Origin: an uncultured virus (IMG/VR IMGVR_UViG_3300031087_000497)
Taxonomy: Duplodnaviria > Heunggongvirae > Uroviricota > Caudoviricetes
Strand: one strand, 5' to 3'
DNA length: 20,000 nucleotides
Virus record (IMG/VR): IMGVR_UViG_3300031087_000497
Below, piece by piece: positions 1-7,185 of this stretch. Below the pieces are notes generated by a model that had not been told where the DNA came from, ran no database searches, and saw only the letters and a program-made list of their open reading frames with translations. Every line of letters begins with the position of its first letter. The first letter of the stretch is position 1. The position numbers were made by a program, and so were the translations under genes.

Positions 1-49
1 TGTTTACCGGCCTGATAAGAATATAAAGCGGCCTACCCTACCCGGATGT

Positions 50-72
50 GCCCGCTACTTGCGGGCTTTTCT
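50..72 (+). terminator. Intrinsic terminator-like hairpin for a transcript entering from the left of the window
   Basis: GCCCGC (50-55), loop TACTT, GCGGGC (61-66), followed by TTTTCT. Confidence 0.65.
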
Positions 73-82
73 CTGAGCATAG

Positions 83-114
83 AAAAAGCCGCTAGGCCTT
101 AGCCTGCGGCTTTT
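83..114. terminator. Bidirectional intrinsic terminator; on the - strand it would end the par operon
   Basis: AAAAA-GCCGC-T-AGGC-CTTA-GCCT-GCGGC-TTTT: a GC-rich stem with one bulge, flanked by an A-tract and a T-tract, about 90 bp past the stop of the RHH gene. Confidence 0.75.
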
Positions 115-202
115 ACGCACTTTACGCACTTTACGCACTTTACGCACTTTACGCACTTTACGTCACGTATGCACGTTGTGGACGTTGCGCAACGTGCGCA
201 CG
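112..202. repeat. 9-bp tandem repeat array downstream of the par operon (candidate centromere, parS/parH-like)
   Basis: Five perfect TTTACGCAC copies (112-156) plus TTTACG, then degenerate 9-bp units (CACGTTGTG GACGTTGCG CAACGTGCG CACG) running up to the RHH gene stop. The repeat is seen directly; the centromere role is inferred. Confidence 0.85.
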
Positions 203-565
203 CTACTGATCGTGTTCTTCTTGTGTATCGTCTTCAGCACCAACCACCTCGCGGAGCTTAGCAATCACGTCGGCCCTGGGCATCGAAAGGAGCAGCAGAA
301 CGCCTGCGCGCACTACATCGCTGCGCGTAGCCCGGAAGTTGCGAGGCATTATAGAGAGCTTGTCGATTTGCTTGTCTAAGGTCTCGTCCAGCGAGAAATT
401 TACTCGTTTGGCCTTTGCCGCAGGCTTCTTTTTTTTCTCCGGCGCAGGGTCCGCGGCCTTTTGAGAAACCAGCGAGGCTGAACCGATGAACTCCAGTGCA
501 GCGTTCTCGGTCGATTTTAAACGCGCTTCTGCATCTACCTTGCCAAGCCCCTTTAAGCCTGCCAT
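203..565 (-). CDS. Small ribbon-helix-helix DNA-binding protein, ParG/CopG-like centromere-binding partner of ParA
   Basis: 120 aa; overlaps the parA stop by 13 bp. Low-complexity N-terminal tail, then an RHH pattern KRVNFSLDETLDKQIDKLS...TRSDVVRAGVLLL. Confidence 0.8.
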   Translation of the reverse strand: MAGLKGLGKVDAEARLKSTENAALEFIGSASLVSQKAADPAPEKKKKPAAKAKRVNFSLDETLDKQIDKLSIMPRNFRATRSDVVRAGVLLLLSMPRADVIAKLREVVGAEDDTQEEHDQ

Positions 566-1218
566 TTAGCGTCCCCCCATAGTTCTGAAGCAATGCTTCG
601 AATTTCTTCAACAGCCTTATCGTCCAACGTGCTTTCCAGGACGCTGGCGCCGTTCTCATCAGCGTCGTCGTAGATGTTTCTGGCCATTGTGACGGCATCC
701 AGCGTGGTAATGCCGAACGAACGGCAAATTTCCTTAGCGTCGAGAATGCGGACTACCTGGCTGGGTAATGACGGGCACTGTGTAATCAATGCTCGCACCT
801 GTAGGTTTGGATTGACTGCGGTGGCCAGCTTTACCAGTTCCGCCACTTTCGGGAGCGTTTTCAGGTCGCGGCGTTTAGGCCTGAAGGGTGTGATCATCAG
901 GTCAGCAACCGTCATGGCAGAACGCAGGGCCTCGGAGTCGGCGCCTCCAGTATCCACCATCAGATGGTCATACCGCTTTGCCTGTTCAATTAGCCATTCA
1001 CGGATGTTCCCGTGAGCTTTTAGGCGGGGAATGATCCCCGCTGGGTTGGTAGTTCTAAGGCGCTCTTCCCTTTCCGCTGCCCAGTCAAAGCTGGTGCCTT
1101 GAGGGTCTGTGTCGATCAGTACTATGTCGCCACCCGCTTGCTTAATTGCCACCGCAAGGTTTTGCGCTACGCAGCTCTTGCCAACACCGCCCTTTTCGCC
1201 TGCCACGAGAATAATCAT
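553..1218 (-). CDS. parA: ParA/ParF-family Walker-A partition ATPase (short type Ib form)
   Basis: 221 aa. Deviant Walker A GEKGGVGKS, A' motif LIDTDPQG, Walker B YDHLMVDTGG; no N-terminal HTH; GGGGTG RBS upstream. Confidence 0.95.
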   Translation of the reverse strand: MIILVAGEKGGVGKSCVAQNLAVAIKQAGGDIVLIDTDPQGTSFDWAAEREERLRTTNPAGIIPRLKAHGNIREWLIEQAKRYDHLMVDTGGADSEALRSAMTVADLMITPFRPKRRDLKTLPKVAELVKLATAVNPNLQVRALITQCPSLPSQVVRILDAKEICRSFGITTLDAVTMARNIYDDADENGASVLESTLDDKAVEEIRSIASELWGDAKWQA

Positions 1219-1265
1219 CGGTCACCCCTACGTTAACCAAAGTAAGTATGTTGTTCGCGCTACTT

Positions 1266-1445
1266 ACCGTGTGTCGTGTACGCACGTTGCGCACAGATTA
1301 TACGGTGTGTGCATTAAGTAAGGTAGCGAAAGTGAACACGGTATGCAACGTGCGTATGGTGTGTAAGGTGTTCACGTTAAGTATGAAGATCACCGTGCGT
1401 AACGTGCGCACGGTGTTCATTGTGCGTAACGTGTGTAGTGTAAGT
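1266..1445. repeat. About 20 degenerate 9-bp units upstream of parA (candidate operator/centromere)
   Basis: In-register units such as ACCGTGTGT, ACGGTGTGT, AACGTGCGT, AAGGTGTTC, ACCGTGCGT, AACGTGCGC, ACGGTGTTC, ATTGTGCGT, AACGTGTGT. The core GTGCGTAAC is one base from the reverse complement (GTGCGTAAA) of the 112-156 unit. Confidence 0.8.
1297..1302 (-). promoter_or_regulatory. Candidate -10 box of the par operon promoter
   Basis: ATTATA on + reads TATAAT on -, about 80 bp upstream of the parA ATG and inside the repeat array. No convincing -35 box is seen. Confidence 0.4.
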
Positions 1446-1524
1446 GCTGAGTATGGCTAGCAATTACAAGGGATTCCCCAGTTTGATAAGCAACTATTTT
1501 TCCTGAGATGCGCGGCTTGTTCAT

Positions 1525-1565
1525 GCAAACGGGCTTCAGAAAGCGCTTTATTAGTGCATCAAAAT
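1525..1565 (+). promoter_or_regulatory. Candidate phage late promoter 1
   Basis: GCAAAC (1525-1530), 29 bp, CAAAAT (1560-1565), 30 bp upstream of the 1596 ATG. Same geometry at three other operon heads. Confidence 0.6.
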
Positions 1566-1595
1566 TCAGGTCTGACTATGAAAGGCCTGTAAACC

Positions 1596-3917
1596 ATGCA
1601 AATCACTCCCATAGAGAAAGCCCGCCTCAGTTCACGGTTATTGGCCCTACGCGCAATGCTGGTCGGAGGTGCGCTGAGAGCCTTGGAAAAGGTCCGAGTC
1701 AGTGCTGAGGCTCTGGATATCCGCAAGAGGCTGACCGGCAAAACCGTGGCTGCCCCTGTAGTTGATTCTGAAACCGCTGCCGAGCAGGTAGCTGACGACG
1801 GTCTGAGCGACGACCCCAACAGCCCAAACTACCGCTATGCGGATGTTGGCTACATCCCTGGTAGCCGCAAAGAAGAAGCGGCAGGCGTCATTCGAAAGGC
1901 GCGTGCCGAGGGCCGTATGCTTCGCGGTACCGATATTGACTTCAATGCGATTGAGGAAACCCCGCGTGAGGCCAGGGCCTTGGTGGTCAAGTCCAATCTG
2001 TTCGGTGTGGTCGACTGGGCTGGACTGAGAGCGGGCGGTACAGAACCCGCAGCAGCGTTCCTGATGGACCGGGTGTATGCCTCAATCGCCAAGGAGCCCT
2101 CTGAGGACAGCGCCCAGGCGCGTCGGGCTTATGTGTTGGGTCTTGAGACGCTGCGCACGCGGTTGGAGCTTTGCAAGACGCCCAAGGAGCTTGTAGCCAC
2201 GCTGACGGAGATCCGCGACGAGCTGCTGGGCTCTCAACTCAATGCAGATGAAGCAGAGCGATATCAGGAGATAGGAGACCGAACCCACGCTTTAACCGTC
2301 CAAATCCGTGATATCGAAGCCGAGCAATCGAAGGCTCAAAACGCAATGTATGAGGCGAGCCGCCTCAACAACAAAGCCCAACGAGACCTGGACAACCGTC
2401 TGGCTCGTGGCTGGTCAGTTGGGTCAGAGCACGAAACGGCAGTGAGTGAGGCTGAAAAGGCCTATCGCCAGAGCATGAAAACATGGTCTGACCTCCTTGG
2501 TATGAACAAGCCTGTGCTGGAGGAATTGAATGCCGCCAGGGCTGCGCTGTATCAGGAACGCGCCGAAATCAAAGGGGTGGCCAAGTCGCGCAACTTGGAC
2601 TCGCCCATCAACCGCGCGTGGATGTCGATGGGTGACAAGTTCGTCAAAGCTCTGATGTTCCGCAGTTCACGAGGCTCCGAAGCCTTCGCCCGTCATGTTT
2701 CCAATGCGCTTTCCGGCGACCCAAAAGACTGGGAGTGGTCAGAAAAGAGCGGACAAGTGATCCAAGGGGCCCCAAAGGAACCGACCAAAAAACGGCAGAC
2801 GTTCGCGCTGAAGGTAGTGGATAAGTTCGACCGGAAGGGCGGGCGCCCTATATCAGTCAACTCAACGCTTTCTTTGCAGAAACTGTGTGGTTTTCGCGCG
2901 GTTCAGTCGGGTAACTGGGTGCTGGATGACCGTGACAGTTCCAAATGGCACGTAGAGCAAAGCGCTGGGGCCATGATGGACATGGCCGACGTGCTGGGTA
3001 TCAGTGAGGAAAAGCTTGGTTTCGGAGGGCGCTTGGGGCTTGCCTTTGGCGCCCGTGGTAAGGGGGGGAAGGGTGCCGCGACAGCGCACTACGAGCCGAT
3101 CATGCGAGCGATCAACATCACCAAGATGAACGGTGGTGGTGGCCTTGGCCATGAGCACCTACATGCGATGGACAACATCCTGCCGGGCCTGTTGCGCGGT
3201 GAACCTGGTGCGGCATCCGAATTTGCAACGGAAAACCCCAACCTGGTACCCGAAGGCCCAATTCGTGACGCTTTCGTCGGCCTCAAACGCGCTCTAACCG
3301 AGGGCGAACACCGTCTGCCTGAAATCATCAAGTTCACGCCACGCACGTTTGGGAACGCCCGTCTGAACCTGGACAGGCCCAGCAACGAAATTGCGCGCCG
3401 GATTAAGGCTGCTGGTAATGCTGAAGCTGCGGTGAGAGCGGTGGATGACTACTTCGGAGCCAGGGTTGACGCTCGATCGCTCAAGTACAAAAAGAACTGG
3501 CGAACGATCGCCGCCGCTTATTTCCTGCCAGAAGGTACGACCGATGTGCAGTTGAACACGGGTAGACCTGTGTCGCGATACATGACCGAGGCCATGCTGT
3601 TGGATGCCTCAAAGGAGGGTAAGTACTGGTCATCGGCGCCGGAGTTGGCTGCTCGTGCGTTCCAGTCCTACCTGGAGGACAAATTGGCAACCATGGACCG
3701 CCAAAACGACTATCTGAGCTGCCTGGCAGACAACAAACACCACTACTTCCCTGAAATGGGTGAGCCCTTCAAGCCTTACCCCGAGGGAGAAGAGCGGGCG
3801 CGCATCAGCGCCGCGTTTGATGAGTTGTTCAAGGCCCTGCGCGATGGCCAGGTGTTTGAGACGGCGCTGGCAAACACCGCGCTGCTGGATTCGATTTTTG
3901 GGGGTTGCGATGAGTAA
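1596..3917 (+). CDS. Large polyvalent protein with HExxH zincin-like motif and LPD1-like C-terminus; probable virion-packaged protein
   Basis: 773 aa. LGLAFGARG...AHYEP...INITKMNGGGGLGHEHLHAMD (HExxH at 3150-3164) and C-terminal YWS..ELAARAFQSYLEDKL..NDYL..PYPEGEERARISAAFDELF, recalled as the LPD1 signature. Central coiled coil; N-terminal tag shared with the next gene. Confidence 0.8.
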   Translation: MQITPIEKARLSSRLLALRAMLVGGALRALEKVRVSAEALDIRKRLTGKTVAAPVVDSETAAEQVADDGLSDDPNSPNYRYADVGYIPGSRKEEAAGVIRKARAEGRMLRGTDIDFNAIEETPREARALVVKSNLFGVVDWAGLRAGGTEPAAAFLMDRVYASIAKEPSEDSAQARRAYVLGLETLRTRLELCKTPKELVATLTEIRDELLGSQLNADEAERYQEIGDRTHALTVQIRDIEAEQSKAQNAMYEASRLNNKAQRDLDNRLARGWSVGSEHETAVSEAEKAYRQSMKTWSDLLGMNKPVLEELNAARAALYQERAEIKGVAKSRNLDSPINRAWMSMGDKFVKALMFRSSRGSEAFARHVSNALSGDPKDWEWSEKSGQVIQGAPKEPTKKRQTFALKVVDKFDRKGGRPISVNSTLSLQKLCGFRAVQSGNWVLDDRDSSKWHVEQSAGAMMDMADVLGISEEKLGFGGRLGLAFGARGKGGKGAATAHYEPIMRAINITKMNGGGGLGHEHLHAMDNILPGLLRGEPGAASEFATENPNLVPEGPIRDAFVGLKRALTEGEHRLPEIIKFTPRTFGNARLNLDRPSNEIARRIKAAGNAEAAVRAVDDYFGARVDARSLKYKKNWRTIAAAYFLPEGTTDVQLNTGRPVSRYMTEAMLLDASKEGKYWSSAPELAARAFQSYLEDKLATMDRQNDYLSCLADNKHHYFPEMGEPFKPYPEGEERARISAAFDELFKALRDGQVFETALANTALLDSIFGGCDE

Positions 3918-6900
3918 CTTGAACCAGGCCGGTGCGCTATCGCCGATCGACCGTGCGCGACTGAGCGCCGAGCTGTTGCAGATTCGCGCGAGCCTTTTAG
4001 GAGCATCACTACCACCGATTGAGCGGGTTCGGTCCAGTGCCCGAGGGTTGGCCATTCGCGCGCAGCTTGGCCAGCCAACGAAACCTGGTGCTGATGAAGG
4101 CCAGGCTGCGTTTGAGAAGGCGCGTCAGTTCTACCAGGAACACCTCAAAGGGCAATTGATTCAGTCTGTGGTGGGGCCGGTGATCGTTAATAGCGCCGGT
4201 TGGAAGAAGTCAAAGCAAGGCATGAAGTCTGACCTGTTGAAAGCCAGGCTGATTGAGTACGTGCGGGAGATCCTGGAAACCGGTACTGCTGGCCAGCGGC
4301 AAGAACCGCACAAAGACCGTAATGACGGGCTTATCGCGTTCTACTTCATTCAGAAACAGGTGCGCGTCGACGACCTGCTGGTGACCGCAGGTGTAACGGT
4401 GGCCGAGGATGCAAAGGGGAACCTGTTTTACAGCATTTCTCATGCAGACAGGGACGCTTGGAAGGCATATAAAAACGGCGTACCGGATTATGCAGGGGTA
4501 GGGCCCCGCTCCGGTGACGCCGATGACGGAATACTTGATGGCCTGCCACAAGTGCAGGAATCAGATGCCGACCAAGACACTGTAGCAGACGATGATATCA
4601 ATATCACCATCCTGGCGGTGGTAGCTGTTGAGTCGAGCGCTGTACCAGTACCGGCATCAAAAGGCGCCCAGGCCATCGCCACAGGTGTATTGCCGCAGAA
4701 GAATGGCGGCGTGCTGGTGGTGGGTGACCCTCAAGCCTTGGATGCCTACGCAAAGACCTACCTAGACCAGGCCAAGTACACCCTGGCCTCCACCGGGTTG
4801 CTGCTGAGTAAAAGTCAGGTGCGCCTGGCGCAATACCTACCCGCCACACAGGAAGTCTTGCCCTCGGGAGCGGTGATCTACACCTACGCGGAGATTGGCG
4901 GCGTGTCGGTGGCCGTTGGACGGGAGTTGTCAGGGATTGCCCGCGACCTGATTGAACTGAAAAGCCTGATGGCCCAGGAATGGGGCCCCGACAAGTTCAA
5001 GAGTGTGTTTGGTGAGGATGCGGCGGCGAAGGACGTGCAGGCCTACCAGGAAGGCCAGGCGGCAATTGCGCAGCGCAAACAGGACAATATCGACGGGGCC
5101 GCGCAGGCGCTGGCGGATCAGAAGCTGGCGCAGGAGTCGGAGAGCGCCAGGGTAGCCGCCGTAGCCGAAGAAACAGCAACGATCCTGAGTCAGCGGGATG
5201 CAGACGCCCGCGCCTACTTCGCAAAGACCCTCGGCGCCGGAAAGTCAGAAAACCCCATTTACCAAGCCTACCTAGACACCCTGGAAGAGTTGCCCACTTA
5301 CGAGGCGGGCAACAACGCGGGTTTCTTGGGGTGGGCTGGTATCCGCGCGGGTGAGTTTGAGCGGCAGGGCGGCGGGCGCGTTTCGATGAACCACGATGCT
5401 TACCTGGCCTATGTCCGGGGTTGGGCAGATGAGCACTTGTCTGATCGGGTGAAGGGCCACGCGCGCGGCCAGCCGGAGGAAGCACAGAACACCCCCGGCT
5501 CTACAATCGAAGCCGTCCAGACCGAGCAGTTGCCCACAACAAGCACGACCGCCCACGAGATCATCGAGTACACCACCAAAGGCAAAGGAAAGGTGCTGCG
5601 CGGGATCATCCGTACAGACCTTACCCAAGCAGAAGCCAAGGCGATTGACCCCTACACCTGGCGCATGAGCGGCGGTTACTTTATCCGGGAAAAGTACCTC
5701 TCTGGCGATACCAGCTCTGTGCAGGCCGCCCCGGTGCCGGTTGTGTTGAGCCCTGAACAGGAGGCTGAGAAGCAGGATCGCGACAGACGGGTAGCGCTGG
5801 AGCGCCAACAACAGGCAATTGCCCACCAGGTGGGAAAGTTACGAGAGGCGGGTAGCAAGGCGATCGCCAGTGGCAGCGAAGGCATGAACGCCGACCGCAA
5901 AACCAATACTTCTCGCCGCGCGGGGATGGCTGCCAGTGCCTACGCCCGTGCTGCGTCTGACGAGGCGGAAGGGCAGACCCTGAACAACATCGCTGATGCG
6001 ATCGAGGTGGGAGCGGCAGGGCCGCTTGCCAACCTGACCAGTCGTGCGCAACTTCAAGAACTGAAAAAGATCCTCATCCAGGCGAAGTTCGAATCTGAGC
6101 GCGGGCTTACCTACAGTGAGCAGCTGGCGTTGCGTGGTCAGCCGGTGGGAGAAGATGCGTTACGGCACGTCAGTATGCCAAACAGGTTGGTCTGGGCGAG
6201 CCGTTACAGCAACGCTGCAATGACGTTAGCGAAGAAGGCTCCTACGGGGAACTCCAAGTTGATCGCAGCCTTGAAAAAGCTGGGAGACCGCACTGAACGC
6301 TGGCCGCTGGTTAACGACGGCGATATAGCTATAACCCGCAAGGCCTATCAAGTGTTGGGCACCATCAAAGAGACTTGGGATTTGAAAGATCCCATGGAAA
6401 TGCTCGCCAGGGTAGAACGCCTCAAGCGTATGGGGGTCACCAACGAAATGCAGCTCCAGGACGCGTGCCGTGCACTTCTGCCCCATATGGCGGCAAAAAA
6501 GGAAGAGAGTGCTGTAGTGAAGTTGGAGCGGGCAATCATCGGCCAGAAGGTGGGAATCGACTTCTTCCCCACGCCTGCCGCCGAGGCACACCGCATGGCT
6601 CGCCTGGCGCGAATTACCAAGGGTATGCGGGTGTTGGAGCCAAGTGCGGGTAATGGCAACCTGGCGGATGCGGCTGCGGCAGCTGGTGGCGAAGTGGACG
6701 TGATTGAGATCAGTAGCCAGCTGCGCGACATTCTCACCGCCAAGGGTTACACCGTCGTGGCGCAGGACTTCAACAGTTTCACGCCGGACGAGCCCTACCA
6801 GGCGATTCTTATGAATCCACCGTTCTCTAAACGCCAGGATGCTGAGCACATCATGCGTGCGTTCGGCATGTTGGCCAATGGCGGGACATTGGTTGCAATC

Positions 6901-7068
6901 GCAGGGGAGGGCGTGTTTTTCGGGCAGGACCAAAAGGCTGTGCAGTTCCGCGCCTGGCTCGACTCTCACAATGCCGACGTCGAAAAGCTGGGTGAAGGAA
7001 CGTTCCAAGACAACGCACTTTTGGCGCAAACATCGGTAAATGCGCGGCTGATTGTGCTGCACAAATAG
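3910..7068 (+). CDS. Large polyvalent protein: N-terminal tag, LPD3-like (BECR nuclease-fold) domain, helical region, C-terminal N6-adenine DNA methyltransferase domain
   Basis: 1052 aa from the ATG at 3910, which overlaps the upstream stop region (ATGAGTAA) and has GGGGG upstream. MTase motifs DFFPTP, VLEPSAGNG (motif I) and ILMNPPF (motif IV, 6814-6825). The LPD3-like segment at about 4110-4445 is recognised from memory and is less certain. Confidence 0.8.
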   Translation: MSNLNQAGALSPIDRARLSAELLQIRASLLGASLPPIERVRSSARGLAIRAQLGQPTKPGADEGQAAFEKARQFYQEHLKGQLIQSVVGPVIVNSAGWKKSKQGMKSDLLKARLIEYVREILETGTAGQRQEPHKDRNDGLIAFYFIQKQVRVDDLLVTAGVTVAEDAKGNLFYSISHADRDAWKAYKNGVPDYAGVGPRSGDADDGILDGLPQVQESDADQDTVADDDINITILAVVAVESSAVPVPASKGAQAIATGVLPQKNGGVLVVGDPQALDAYAKTYLDQAKYTLASTGLLLSKSQVRLAQYLPATQEVLPSGAVIYTYAEIGGVSVAVGRELSGIARDLIELKSLMAQEWGPDKFKSVFGEDAAAKDVQAYQEGQAAIAQRKQDNIDGAAQALADQKLAQESESARVAAVAEETATILSQRDADARAYFAKTLGAGKSENPIYQAYLDTLEELPTYEAGNNAGFLGWAGIRAGEFERQGGGRVSMNHDAYLAYVRGWADEHLSDRVKGHARGQPEEAQNTPGSTIEAVQTEQLPTTSTTAHEIIEYTTKGKGKVLRGIIRTDLTQAEAKAIDPYTWRMSGGYFIREKYLSGDTSSVQAAPVPVVLSPEQEAEKQDRDRRVALERQQQAIAHQVGKLREAGSKAIASGSEGMNADRKTNTSRRAGMAASAYARAASDEAEGQTLNNIADAIEVGAAGPLANLTSRAQLQELKKILIQAKFESERGLTYSEQLALRGQPVGEDALRHVSMPNRLVWASRYSNAAMTLAKKAPTGNSKLIAALKKLGDRTERWPLVNDGDIAITRKAYQVLGTIKETWDLKDPMEMLARVERLKRMGVTNEMQLQDACRALLPHMAAKKEESAVVKLERAIIGQKVGIDFFPTPAAEAHRMARLARITKGMRVLEPSAGNGNLADAAAAAGGEVDVIEISSQLRDILTAKGYTVVAQDFNSFTPDEPYQAILMNPPFSKRQDAEHIMRAFGMLANGGTLVAIAGEGVFFGQDQKAVQFRAWLDSHNADVEKLGEGTFQDNALLAQTSVNARLIVLHK

Positions 7069-7091
7069 CGTGCCGCTGGCGTGAAAACCAA

Positions 7092-7132
7092 GCAAACCCC
7101 CTTAAGTTAGGGGGCTTTGGCGAACTTACCAT
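7092..7132 (+). promoter_or_regulatory. Candidate phage late promoter 2 (capsid operon), with a hairpin in the spacer
   Basis: GCAAAC (7092-7097), 29 bp, TACCAT (7127-7132). The spacer contains CCCCCT-TAAGTT-AGGGGG-CTTT. Confidence 0.6.
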
Positions 7133-7185
7133 TAATTCCGAAATGTACAGGGCGCTGCCCACCATCAGGAATGAGGTAAAACGCT

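Noticed and set aside
112..162. CRISPR array or replication iterons
   Set aside because: The units are 9 bp, contiguous and have no spacers, and no cas or rep gene is in the window. The par context explains them better.
1248..1460. 70-aa ORF with Val every third residue
   Set aside because: This is a by-product of the 9-bp DNA periodicity; there is no convincing RBS.
3760..3909. Longer start for the methyltransferase-containing protein
   Set aside because: It overlaps 150 bp of the conserved LPD1-like C-terminus upstream. The ATG at 3910 is coupled to the upstream stop and puts the shared tag at the N-terminus.
6559..7068. Methyltransferase of a restriction-modification system
   Set aside because: No REase, HsdS or HsdR gene is nearby; the domain is fused within a polyvalent protein in a putative late operon.
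6226..7095. 289-aa antisense ORF
   Set aside because: Shadow of the methyltransferase coding strand, with no recognisable motifs.
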